Source: Pseudovirgaria hyperparasitica
Taxonomy: Eukaryota
Assembly (NCBI GenBank): GCA_010093815.1
Contig: ML996565.1
Length of the DNA: 64,000 bases
Reading direction: 5' to 3' (one strand)
Shown here: piece by piece, positions 26,263 to 38,421 of the stretch
Numbering within the stretch: position 1 is the first letter of the stretch
Layout of the letters: every line of letters begins with the position of its first letter
Made by a program: the position numbers and the translations under genes
The notes under the pieces: generated by a model
Seen by the model: only the letters and a program-made list of their open reading frames with translations
What the model was told of the DNA's origin: nothing
Databases searched by the model: none

Positions 26263-27037
26263 ATGATGAATTCCGGTCAGTCCAGTCTACTCCCGTCCAC
26301 TCCACTCTTAGCGTTCACTTGCATCTCTAGTAGTTTGTTGTAACTGTGCATGGTGTTGTAGTTGTAGTAGTAGTAGTAGTAGTAGTGGTAGTCGTCGTAG
26401 TACTTCTTGTTGCACTTGGTGTTGCTGTACTCACTTGTACTTGTTGTTGTTCTTCTTCTTCTCATACACACACTCTCTCTCTCACCCTCCCTCTCCCTGA
26501 CCGCCAGCCTTATTCATCCTGCTGCACCCAGTCTTGGCTGCGTATTCGGCTGCCTCTCCTCCCGCCCATTCTTCTTCTGCTTCTTCTTCTTTTTCTTCGA
26601 CTTTTCTGCTGCCTTCTTTCTTATTCGTTGCTTTTGGCCCATCCTCTCTCTCTTCTCGTCTTGCTCTCTTTCACTTCTCTACCCTCTCTAGTCCATTTAC
26701 TCTCACCCTCTCCCACCCTCACTACCTCCAACTCTACACAACAGCACCATCCACACACACACACACTCTCTCTCTCTCGCAAACCTGCTGCACCTCGCTC
26801 TGCATGCACCCAACGCAGACAGCCGGCGCTTGGTGAGACTCTGTGCGACTGTGCAGGCCTCACATCCGAGTCTTAGCGCCCGCTTCCACCTGGTGCTTGC
26901 TTGCTTGCTTGCTTGCTTGTGTGTGGTTGTGTGTGCGTGTGTGTGCGTGGGTGCGTGTGTGCGTGCTGCTTGTCTTTTTTCTTCTCTCTTCTCTTCCAAT
27001 CTGCATCTTTCCTGCACTCGACCACCACACACACACA

Positions 27038-27074
<37 letters not shown>

Positions 27075-27154
27075 CCTAACACACACACCCCCTCCCCCTG
27101 CCCCCCCTCCTCCGTCTTCTTCGTACTTTGTTGATTCTCATTCGTGCTTTGCTA

Positions 27155-27192
<38 letters not shown>

Positions 27193-27461
27193 TTCCATCT
27201 TCTGCTTCTTTCTTCGTCTTCCTCCGACTCTTCCTCCGACTCTTCTTCGTTCTTGTCCCACCTCAGATCTGCTCCCCCTTCTCTCTCTGCCTCTCCCGCA
27301 CAACTTCCTGGCCATTGGTTACTAATCCCTCCTCCCAGTCTTACAACAGAGTGCCCCGCTGCCTCTGCCACAAGACTACTCGCAGCAGTCGAATGAGAAT
27401 GAGTACATTGATCCTATCAATTCACACCAGCAACAGCACCACCACCACCATCATCACCATC

Positions 27462-27492
<31 letters not shown>

Positions 27493-28266
27493 TCACCACA
27501 ATTCATACAACAATAACAACAACGACCATCTGAGACGAGACCATTCTACCTCGACCTTTCTACCTCCCCATACTACTCGCTACTTGCCCATCCATCGTCC
27601 GACAACACATTACGGCAGCCAGTAAGTCCTTTACTCTTCCTCTTTTCATTTCCCTTCATCTCGTCCTTCTCTTCTCCAATCCAATCGTCTCTCCCTGCTC
27701 CCCATACTGTCCCGAACGTCATGCATCATCATCATCATCATCATCGTCATCATCATCGTGGTGTGGGGCCCCTGTTCAACTCTGCGCGCTGTGGCGGTTG
27801 GGTTGGCAGTGCTGGTGCAGTGTTACCCCCCTCCCCCCTCCCCCCTCGTCATCCCAGCACATTTCCTCTCCCATCTTGCGCCTGTTCCCCTCCTCCTCCT
27901 CCCCCTCCCCCCCCTGGTCACTTCTGCTGTAATCTCTTCGTCTTTTCCCCTCCATGCATCATCTTCCGTACCATCCACCATCCATCCTCCACTTGGGCGA
28001 CCGCAAACAAACCCTCTCTGCTTTCATTTCTGCCGCGTTGCCGTGCGTGTTTTGTGCGCCTCTTTCTGCCCCTGCTGGCCTATCCCCATTCTGCTCTTTC
28101 TCTCTCACTCTCTCTCGCTCTGCGGCTCTCTCTGTATCTCTCCCTCTCTGCTGGCGCGCTGTCAATCATCATCACACGACGTCCAAGCTCGCGCTTGTCT
28201 GCTTGTCTTTGCTTGCAATCTGTCCCACCCTCTTACTTTTGCCTTGTACACACCTTTTACTTCACC

Positions 28267-28297
<31 letters not shown>

Positions 28298-29016
28298 GAC
28301 AGACGCTTCTCTCATGGGCGCGGATAATGGCTGCTGATCATGCTTGCTGCTGCCTAGCTTTCACGCCGGACCACCGCCGCCCATCTCAGACTCGAACAAC
28401 AACTCGGCTTCCATCTCGACCAGCCCCAGCTCAAACACCTCCTCCTCCCTGCTCTCCCTCTACCCGACCACCACCTCCACCTCTCTATACCAGCAGGCAA
28501 ACCACCAGGGTCTGTCAGTCTCGACTCCGCAGGTGCCGCAGCTTTTCCCCTCCTCTGCTGCTGCCTACCACCCCGGCTTTGCGGGCATGTCCACTATCAG
28601 ACAGAGGGGTACTACCTCCATGTACGTATCCTGACCTCCCCTGCCCTGCCCTGCCATGCCATACCTGCCCTGTACTGTCGTGCCCCCCCCCCTCTCTCTC
28701 TCCCTCTCAAACCCCGACCTGCCGCGAAAAGACTGATCCCGCACGCTCTCACACACACGCACACACACACACGCACACATACACACACAACCTCGCTGTA
28801 CATACATGCTTCTTTTTGCTGACACGTCTGCCCTCCAGGTCCGACTATTCGTCAAATACTGCCATGCTGCCCCCGACACGCTCACCTGGAATCGGCAATC
28901 AGCTATCGCCATCTTTTGGTGCGACTACTCATCGTGACAACTACACGACTGCTGCACCACCACCCTATCTTCACCGCCATCCGCATTCTCCTCGCTCACA
29001 TCATCTCTACAACACC

Positions 29017-29052
<36 letters not shown>

Positions 29053-30513
29053 TCCATTCCGGATATCCCGCGAAGCGTCCTGCCCGCCGCCATGCCTCTC
29101 TCCCCGCAGTCTGCCTCCCATTACACCTCCACCCACGCCATGCTCGCTTACACCAACCCGCATGACCGACATGAGACGCCGCCCTTTGAAGACCAGCAGA
29201 ACTTTCATGACATTCGCACCGAAAACGACGCAATTGTCTCGGCAAAGATTGACGCCAAGATCGAAAAGGGCTTCTTCATGTCGGGCGATCGCGTGTGGAC
29301 CTGCTACAGACGCAACTACTTTTCCGTGCAGTCGTCATACTCCCTCAACCCGCATCTCCCAAACGAGCGTCTCTACATCTCGCGCAACGGCAAGATGGAG
29401 CAAATACAGGCCCTGGCAATGTCTCTGTCTGCCGCCGTCGACGGGCCCACCGGCAAGATCATCGAGCTGATACAGCATACCCCAAAGCGGGACAAGGGGC
29501 CGCAGCTGCCCATTGCAAAAGAGAAGCTTCTGCCGGCCCCGCCGGGCAAGATACCGGGAGAGACGCACGGCTATCCCTTGACCTCCTTTCACAACCCGAA
29601 CCCGATGGCCTCGCCCTTTCTGCCTCTGCAGCAAGAGGCCGATCCGAGCAACTCCTCCTCGGTGCCTTCGTCTGGCCATTCACACAATGCCTACGCCCAC
29701 ACCTTTGAGCGCATCCAGTTCAAGTCTGCCACCGCCAACAACGGCAAGAGGAGGGCCCAGCAGCAATACTACCACCTCATTGTGGAACTGTGGGCCGACG
29801 TACGGAGGACGGGCGAGCAAAAGCCCACCTGGCTGAAGCTTGCCCATCGTGTCTCTGCCGCCGTCGTCGTGCGTGGTCGCTCTCCGAGTCACTACTCGAA
29901 TGAGGGACCCAGTACCAGCGGCACTTCACGTCAAGGAGGGCATGGTAGCAGTGGCGCTCCCGGTGGTGGTGGTGGTGGTGGTTATGCAGGCTATGGCGGC
30001 GGCGGCGGCGGCGGAAGTCTTGGCCTTGGTCGATCGCTGAATACTGGTTTTGCAAACCTTTTGGGTGGTGGTGGTGGTGGCAGCACGTATGGTGGTGGTG
30101 GCGCCTACAGAGCACCAGGCCAGTACGCCTCCTCGCACAACCCAAGTCCGGTTGGCAGCAACTCCGTGAGCAGTGCGAGCTCCATCAGTGCCGGGCCCGG
30201 CGACGGTGGTGTCGACCACCACATGGAGGACGTCGAGAACAAGCCCTCGGACGGCTATGATGGCTACCAGTACTACCCTGGTCCTCTGTACGATGCCGGC
30301 CTACAAGAAGACCCCCAAGCAAAGCCGCCGCCGCCCTCCCAGACACAGCATCAGTACGACGAGGCAAGAAAAGTCAAGGAAGAGTATAACACGCACAGCT
30401 TTGCTACCACTACTACGAACAACAACTGGCAAGGTGGAGGCTGTGGTAAATACGTCGGTGTGGAATCCAGCCGGGGATACTACCCTGACCTGCAAGTCCA
30501 CAACGCCTACTGA
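26263..30513 (+). CDS. Ndt80/PhoG-family transcription factor (NdtA/FSD-1-like), predicted 744 aa from 4 coding exons
   Basis: DNA-binding domain motifs KIEKGFF, WTCYRRNYFSV, QHTPKRDKGPQ, FERIQFKSATANNGKRRAQQQYYHLIVELWAD, VRGRSPSHY. Exons 26263-26275, 27339-27621, 28358-28621 and 28839-30513 sum to 2235 nt with compatible phases. The domain call is firm; the 5' exons are inferred. Confidence 0.85.
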
Positions 30514-31553
30514 TGCCGGCTTGATGTCCATCTATTGTCTCATCACCATCATCATCATCATCATCATCTTCTTCTTCTTCTTCTTCTTCTTCTTCACCGT
30601 CTTGCCTACATCTTTGCAGCAACAGCATAAAAACAGCTACATCTCTCTCTAGGAAGTAGTAGGTACGCACATCGACCATGTCAACAACGCACCACATAGA
30701 CACGTCTTCTTCGCATCTAGCCGGCCCCCGGGATATTCCAACCATCTCACGCGCGCGCACATACACACACACACACACCGGCGTTTTTCTTCAAAGCAAA
30801 CCTGGCATATTTGAGTGTAGATGAGAGCGCCACCATTTTCGGTTTTCATGTCAACATTTTTTGTTTTCCCTTTTGCGCTATTTCGCCTTCTCATACATAC
30901 CCCATTCCAACATCCATTACGGCGTTTTGTTGTTGAAGCACTGCTGAGCTGAGCCATGATTACCTCTTCACCCATACACACCTTTCCTTCTCTGCGTTTG
31001 AGCGTTGTTCTTGATTCTTGATGCATAGCACCGGAGTGACGGCCCGGATTCCTGTTTCGGATCCGGTCAGAGAGAAAAAAAAAGCATTGGGCATCGGACG
31101 ACATGAAGGCATGAGGCGCGGGGGACTTATGGTATTGGGTATGGGGGCATGAGAGCACGAGGGCACGAGGGCATGAGGACAATGGGAGCAACGGGAGCAA
31201 CGGGACGCGGAAGCAAACGACGGCATCATGTCATGGCATCATCAACAGGAGCGTGGCGTCTGTGCTCACGGCTTTGATCATCTTTTTCTGGTCTCGTCCT
31301 CACCTGACACACACACTCTCTCTCTCTCTCTTGCCCTTTTTTTCTTTACTTCTTCATCATCATCATCTTCTTCTTCTTTGTTCTGCCCCTTGAGCATACG
31401 GATACCCCACCACATCTCTCCAGCCCCCCTTTTTTCCACACTCTCACTCATCACACACTTATGACACAAACACAACCCCTGGAGGCTTTTTTGTATTATA
31501 CTCTTCTTCTTCTTTTCTGGAATGGTTGTCCCGCCTCCGCCTGCTGTGCTTGG

Positions 31554-31639
31554 CTTGACGAGACTGGACTTGACTTGACGAGACTGGACTTGACTTGACG
31601 AGACTGGACTTGACTTGACGAGACTGGACTTGACTTGAC
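31554..31639. repeat. 20-bp tandem repeat (AGACTGGACTTGACTTGACG) x ~4.3
   Basis: Perfect copies at 31561, 31581, 31601 and 31621 (last base differs). Confidence 0.95.
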
Positions 31640-32249
31640 CCGCAAACAAGAGCCAAGTACAGGGACAAGTACAAGGACAAGCAAGCAAAGGCTGACTGGC
31701 TGACTGGCTAACTGGCTAGTCCAATGGCGCGGGGCGAGACATGACATTGTGGTATATAACAATAACGGGGAGGGAATGTAAGGGAAGGAAAAACGAGGAA
31801 ATGAAGAGGAAAAAACGGAGGGAGGCCCCGTTTGATTTGTATATTGCTGTGTTTTGTGCTTGTGCTTGTGGTTGTGTGTGTGCTTGTGGTTGTGTTTGTG
31901 TGTGTGTGCTGTGACGTGTTGTGTTGTATGTGCTTATTATACTCATGCTTATCCTCGTGCTTATGACAGCCTTGCCCGTTCAAATCCCTCAGATAGATCA
32001 GATCCACGATAAGAGGACTCAATCGGTTCTTTAACCACATCCACCCAAACACACACGCACAAGGCACGACAGTCACACGGTAGAAACACAAAGTAAAATC
32101 TAGAATAAAATCTCATTCCATCCCGAAGCCCAGCGCCAATATCATGTTGCAAACTTCATCTTCATCACCATCCACCTCCCCCCCATACATACATGCATGC
32201 ATGCCCCTTCCCAGAACCTACAACCCCAAGAAAAAAAAGAAAAAAAAAA

Positions 32250-33484
32250 TCACAACCGCGCCTTCGACACAACCATGGCATTCCCCTTCGCCAACCACGC
32301 CACCGCATCCCCAACCATCTCATCCACCACCGCCTTGGCCGACTTCTTCTCACTCACCACCGCCGCAGCTTTACCCATCAGAAACGGCCGCGCATTATCC
32401 ATCGTATCATCGTCAATCTCGTCGCCCATCGTCTCAAAGTCGTGCTCGACAGGGATCTTGCCCCGGCCCGTCAACTCCTTGATCTCTGCGGCGCGGTTCG
32501 TCTCCCAGTTATCAATGTACGCGTTATTGCGCACGCGCAAGGGCCGGCCGGTGAAGATGATTGTGCGCACGTTGTCGTCGTGTCCGGCCGTGCGGACGGC
32601 TTCCTGGTGGGCTTTTGGCGCGCCAGCCTCGTCGGTGAGGATGAAGCGGGTGCCGATCCAGACGGCTGAGGCGCCGAGCATGAGGGCTGCGGCGACGGAC
32701 TGGCCGTTGAAGAGGCCGCCTGCTGCGATGACTTGGACGGGTTGGCCTGTCATCGGGCTTTTGTGGCCGGCGACGAGGCGGACGACTTCGGGGATGAGGA
32801 TGGTGGTGGGCACGTCGCCGGTGTGGCCGCCGCCTTCGCCGCCCTGGGCGCAGATGATGTCGGCGCCGATGGCGAGGCATTTGGCGACGTGCTTGGGGTG
32901 GCCGATCATGTTCATGTAGAGGATGCCGTGGGCGTGGAGTTTGTCGACGACGGATTTGGGGGGCACGCCGACGGCGGAGACGAAGAGGGATGCGCCCGAG
33001 TCGATGATGATGTCGATTAGTTCGTTGAGTTTGCCTTTGGTGTAGTCGTAGCTGTTTGGGGTGTTAGTTTGTTGTTGTCGTCGTGCTACGCCGCTGGGCT
33101 GATAGGTGGATGTGTGGCACAAAGTGGAGAGTGCTTACTTGGTCTTGCGGGCGCTGCCTCCGACCTGGGGGAGCAGCAGGTCGACGCCAAACGGTGCGTT
33201 CTTGTCTGTCAGGAAGCCCTTGAGCTCGGCAATCTGTTCGCGGAGCATGTCTGGGGTGTAGCCGACGCCGCCGATGACGCCGAGGCCGCCTGCGTTTGTG
33301 ACGGCGGCGGCGAGCTTGGGGCCTGCGGCGACGTTCATGCCGGCTAGTAGGATGGGGTGCTGGATCTTCAATAGATCCGTCACGGTCGTCTTGAGCTGCT
33401 CTGTGGACAGGTGGTCAGCGCAACGTGGCAGAGGAAAGTGGCATGTGATGGATGGGTGGATGACGACTTACGAGGTGAGGCCAT
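32250..33484 (-). CDS. Nitronate monooxygenase / 2-nitropropane dioxygenase-family FMN oxidoreductase, 2 introns
   Basis: HPILLAGM...LAAAVTNAGGLGVIG, PFGVDLLLPQ, ICAQGGEGGGHTG, VIAAGGLFNG, GASAVWIGTRF; ends SKARL. Confidence 0.92.
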
Positions 33485-34103
33485 GATGGGTGATGTATGT
33501 GTGTGTGTAGTTGGAGATGAGGATGAGGTGATGAGTGGTGTTGAGAGTTAGATGGAGAAGAGAAGATGAAGAAGAAGAAGAAGAAGGACGCCGCAGAATT
33601 TGTAGAGACGAAGGGGCGGAGATGGAGTCGTTGCGTTGCCGAAGCGGAGGGCGAGTTTCTGGCTGAGGCGGAAGAAGTCTGGGGTAGCGGGCGGAGATGC
33701 CGAGGCACACGCCTTCACTGACCCTGCTGACCAATAGAATGCCTGGAACACACGCTTCGGTCCACTAACCGCTTCCGGCCAGTGTAACTCCCAGAGACTA
33801 CTGCGTGTCCGGCATGGCTTGCGAGACGTCGGATGTGATTTATTGTATAACTCAGTCAATGATGATGATGGCGAAGATGATGACGGCTATCCCACTACTT
33901 GGACGCTCGTCTCTTCAACCCGAGAAAGAGGCCTGTGATAGTAGAACACCTGAACAACCGAACATGGCCCGAACCAGCTTAGTGAGCGGCTGTCACTCCG
34001 GATTCTCACTAGAGCCGCTGCACAAATCTTCTGGAACCCTTCCTCTACGTACGTCTATGCATTCAGAGTGAATAGGCCATCAACCACTGGCCGCCGTCAG
34101 CAT

Positions 34104-35706
34104 ATGAGGCATGCCTTCGGAATGAGACCCAGCACCTCGACACCATCGCTCCGACTCGGCCAATGCCTGCTGCACGCTCGGGTTCCGAAGAGATGCTTCT
34201 CAGCCCTACACGCTCCGTCTTCTACGTCTTCACCACTTCCATCGGCTAGCTCACCATATCCAACTCGCCATCTCCGTACTGCGCACAGAAACATGGGACT
34301 GGAGACATCGATACGTCCCATCTCGACTGCAGGCGCTGCTGCCACCAGCATGGCACGCAGCAGCGCCCACAGACCTCATCGAGCATTCATTGCCCTCGGC
34401 AGCAATATGGGCGATCGCATCTCGTGGATCGAAAAGGCGTGCAATGCCATGGAGAGCACTCCAGACATCAAGATTCGACGCACGAGTAGCCTGTGGGAGA
34501 CGACAGCCATGTACGTGCTGGACCAGGAGAACTTTGTGAACGGAGCGTGCGAGGTGCGCCATATCAAAACATACCACACTCACCTTTGCGCACCACGTGA
34601 CTAACCCCGTCCAGATCGAAACCTCACTGGGCCCAATCCATCTGCTCGACCGTCTCCAGTCCATCGAGAACGACCTGGGCCGCGTCAAGGTCATCGACAA
34701 AGGCCCTCGCAATATCGACCTCGACATCCTCCTCTACGACGACAGGACCATCTCTCACCCCCGTCTCCAAGTCCCGCACGCGCTCATGCTCGAGCGCGAA
34801 TTCGTCCTCCGTCCTCTCTGCGAGCTCATCCCAGCATCCACCCTCCCTGGATCCCCATCCGGCACCACTCTATCCAACCATCTCGCAGCTCTCCCGGCCT
34901 CGCCCACGCCCCTATCCACAATCACCTCTCTAGCCCCCGGCATCCCCCCTATCGCCTCCCTCCACACCCACCGCAACACCCTCCTCATGTCCATCCTCAA
35001 CCTGACCCCAGACTCCTTCTCCAACGGCCCTTCTCCCCCCGCCCTCACCAACCCACTCGCCCTCGCAAACGCCGAGCTCGCCCGCCTCTCCCCCTTCCTC
35101 GACTCCCTCTCCGCCCTCCCCCCCAACATCGCCCTCAGCATCGACACCTTCCACGCCTCCGTCGCCGCCGCCGCCCTCGACGCCGGCATCCACATCATCA
35201 ACGACGTCTCCGCCGCCTCCCTCGACCCCGCCATGCTCCCCCTCGCCGCCTCCCGCCACTGCACCCTCATCCTCATGCACATGCGCGGCTCCCCCGCCAC
35301 AATGTCCAAACTGACCTCCTACCCGCACGGCGTCGTCCACGGCGTCGCCACCGAACTCGCCGCCCGCGTCGCCGCCGCCGAAGCAGCAGGCGTGCGTCGC
35401 TGGCGCATCGTGCTGGACCCGGGGCTCGGCTTCGCGAAGACGCCCGCCCAGAGCATCGAGCTCCTGCGTCGCTTGCCGGAGCTGCGCCGCTGGCCTGGGC
35501 TCGAGGGCTTGCCGTGGCTTGTTGGGCCCAGTCGGAAGGGCTTTGTGGGTGTTGTCACGGGCGAGAGGGATGCGGCGAGGCGTGAGTTTGGGACGGCGGC
35601 GGCGGTGAGTGCGTGTGTGGCGGGGGGCGCGGATGTGGTTAGGGTGCATGATACGGGGGAGATGGCGCGGGTGGTGCGGATGGCGGATGCGGTGTGGCGG
35701 TTTTGA
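34104..35706 (+). CDS. FOL1: Folate biosynthesis HPPK-DHPS fusion (Fol1-like, no DHNA domain), 1 intron; DHPS appears to have an internal deletion
   Basis: HPPK: AFIALGSNMGDR, FVNGAC, KGPRNIDLDILLY, PHALMLEREFVLRPL. DHPS: ILNLTPDSFS, SIDTF, IINDVS, LMHMRG, LDPGLGFAK, GPSRKGF, VRVHD. N-terminus resembles a mitochondrial presequence. Confidence 0.88.
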
Positions 35707-35929
35707 TGTGTGGTGAGACGGCCTGTATGAATTATATGTGTGTGTTTGTATTTGTTTGTATGTGCTATGGACGGTGGAGGTTCACGATAGAGGGAGGGGG
35801 TGTGGATGTATGTTTATATATTTATAGACCCCGGCCTCACGGCTCGCTTTTCAACAAGAGCCGTAGAATAGTATGTTAATATTCCCATCGGACATGTCAT
35901 TCCACAACCCCAGACCAAGATACCCCCCC

Positions 35930-37649
35930 TCACCCCTCCTCCTCCCTCCCCTCCACACGCACCACCCCTCCCCCCTCAACCCCGACCTCCACCCTCACCT
36001 TCCGCAAACTCGCCTCCACCGGCCTCCTCGCCTCAAACACCCTCCCCAACTCCTCAAGCGTATGCCCCGCCGTCTCGACAAAAAACCCCCACACAACCCC
36101 CATCTCCACCACAATCCACCCAATATACACCAGATACAACCGCCAGCCGATCCGCTCGATCCCCACGCTAATCCCATACGTATTGACCATCATAGCGACA
36201 TTCAAGAAGAGGAAATTGAGGCCGGAGCCTTTTGCGCGCGTGCGCGTCTCGAGACACTCGACGGCGTAGAGCGTCTGCAGCGGCGTCCAGCCCCAGGCGA
36301 AGAAGATGCCGAAGGCGTAGATGGAGACGATGGTGCCGTAGGCGAGGTCCGGGTTGTGTGGCGTGCGGGCGGTGAAGGCGGTGAGGAGGATGTAGGCGAC
36401 GAGGGCGCCGGCGAGGCCGCCGAGCAGCATTGTGCGGCGGCCGAGGCGGTCGAGCAGGGAGGCGCCGAGGATGGCGGCGAGCATGCTGAAGAGCGGGTTG
36501 ATGGCGGAGATGAGGAGTTGGGTGCTTGGATCGCGGATGCCGGCTTGGAGGACCATTTGGGGGAGGAAGTAGGAGACCACGTTGTTGCCGCTCCATTGGC
36601 CGAAGAAGGACATTGCGATGACGAGGGCGAGGCGGTAGCGGGCGGGGCGGGTGTTGTAGAGGGCGGAGAAGTCGTACCAGGGGGAGGAGTCGTGGGTGGT
36701 GGTGGCGGTGAGGTCGGCGGTGATTTCTTGGTATTGGAGCTGGACGATGGGCGAGGAGGGGTTGTTGTCCGGGGCGTGGTATTTGGCCATTACGGCGAGG
36801 GCTTCGGCGTGGCGGTTTTGCATGATGAGCCAGCGGGGGGATTCGGGGAAGAAGAGGACGAGGCTCATTGTTATGCCGGGGAGGATGCATTGGACGAGGG
36901 TCGGGAGGCGCCATGCCCAGGAGGAGTGGCCCAGGTGCAGGTTTGTGCCGTAGGTCGTCCAGCCGGCGAGGATGTTGCCTAGCCCTGTGTTTTTGTCAGT
37001 GGGGAAGGAGGGAAAGGGGAAAGGGGGGGGATGACTTGCACCAGAAGTTGTTGTACATGCCGGCCATGAAGCCGCGGTATGCGGGATGGGCGAGCTCGAC
37101 GGTGTACGTCGGTCCGGCGGCAGACGCGATGGAGGCGCCGAAGCCCAGGATGAACCGGCCGGCGATGAAGTGGCCGGTTCCGTGGGCTGTAACTTGAACG
37201 GCCGTGCCGACGAGGACAAGCGCGCACCCGACAAAGATGCACACGCGGCGACCATATCCGTCGGCGAAGAAGCCGCAGAACGGGAACGCGGCGATCTGGC
37301 CGAGATTGTAGACGATGAATATGATTCCCGTCGAGGATCCTGCGCCGCTAAGACCGAATGTCTTTTGGTACGACTCCATGGCGTTGATGGAGCCCATCAG
37401 GGAGGAATCTGGTCGTTGTAAGCGTTGTGTCGTGGTATCCTTCTTGCACTCACCGAACCCGTTCAGCGTCGAAACGAGGTAGCCAATTGTCATGATAAAG
37501 TACAACTTCAGCATGCCCTTGGACAATAGCTTGGGCGGTTGCGCCTCCACGGCCGCGGTCAGGGCAACGCTGTGCACCTGGATCTCCTTGGTTCGGCCAT
37601 CACCTTCGGCATCAACACGCTCATTGACCTCGAATGCCTTCTCTGCCAT
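35930..37649 (-). CDS. MFS sugar porter, lactose/cellodextrin permease type (Lac12/LacpA-like), 2 introns
   Basis: STLNGFDSSLMGSINAM, ADGYGRR, YTVELAHPAYRG, FFPESPRWL, FFGQWSGNNVVSY, LDRLGRR, GWTPLQTLYAVECL, ETAGHTLEEL. Confidence 0.88.
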
Positions 37650-38407
37650 GCTGACGATGCGAGCCTCTGTCTTTCGAAAGTGATGCTGAATTCCTGATGA
37701 CTGCCGAACCTGCCTTATGGTAACCCTGACGATGATTACACACCGAGAGTCACAGATTTGATCATTCAGGAGCCGACCGGGCCAGTCTATATATCCAGGC
37801 CACACACTCAAGCTTGGCATATAGCAGCCCGCAGCTGTACTACACCAAGACATTCAAGCGGTCTATGGCCACGGGATGCGTACGAGTAACGGAAACAGGA
37901 GCCAAGTCACGCCCAGACAAGTCTCGCCTCGGGTCACACATACTGGGCGCGGTGCCAGCGGCAGTCGTGATACCCATGATGTTCGACCAGTTGCGGATAT
38001 GTCACCCGCGGAAAAAGCCTATTGCTGACTTGCAGTTGGTCTGAGGATAAAGACCTACGGCTGGGATGAACGGATTGGCGTTCTGGGTCCGTTCTTGCAG
38101 CGACGTCGGAGGTCAGGGGCAACACGCTCTTACAGATGTTTGTGGAGCATCTTACGCCTCATATCATGCATGGCCTTGGACGAGGTGGAAGGTTTTGTAT
38201 CGTAGTCACACACGATATACCCGGCAGGACAGGGTGAAAGCGAAGCATGTATGAGAAGCGGAGATAGCTCCTTGCAGGCGGGGTTTACACTCCGCTTTGT
38301 TTGGGCCACGTGACACTTCCCCAGATTCACCACCTTCCAGAACATGTGTTTACCACTCGATCCCTCACTCTTGACACGCGAGGGACGCTGTATTGAGGCG
38401 TGATGCC

Positions 38408-38421
38408 TGAGTCATGAGTCA
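38408..38421 (+). promoter_or_regulatory. Tandem TGAGTCA-TGAGTCA (Gcn4/CpcA/AP-1-type sites) in the permease / beta-galactosidase divergent promoter
   Basis: Two adjacent exact matches to TGASTCA; function inferred only. Confidence 0.35.

Larger units (their letters stand above)
22200..31950. repeat. Microsatellite-dense region: (CA)n, (CT)n, (TAG)n, (CAA)n, (CAT)n, (CTT)n, (CTTG)n
   Basis: Many SSR tracts, e.g. 26365-26386, 27027-27070, 27156-27192, 27461-27490, 27724-27757, 28268-28292, 30541-30595. Confidence 0.85.

Noticed and set aside
27721..28838. N-terminal ~370 aa of the 930-aa ORF (poly-His start, LSLSLS, HTHT)
   Set aside because: It is a translation of C/T-rich intronic microsatellites that naturally lack stops; a phase-consistent spliced model explains the region better.
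31970..31995. GTTCAAATCC resembling a tRNA T-loop
   Set aside because: The flanks do not form a T-stem and no cloverleaf is evident.
34104..34380. No DHNA domain at the Fol1 N-terminus
   Set aside because: To my knowledge an HPPK-DHPS form without the yeast-type DHNA domains is common in filamentous ascomycetes, so it is not notable by itself.
35873..36982. 369-aa plus-strand ORF, and similar long antisense ORFs at 9039-9965, 39623-40555 and 47791-48897
   Set aside because: Shadow ORFs antisense to GC3-rich genuine genes.
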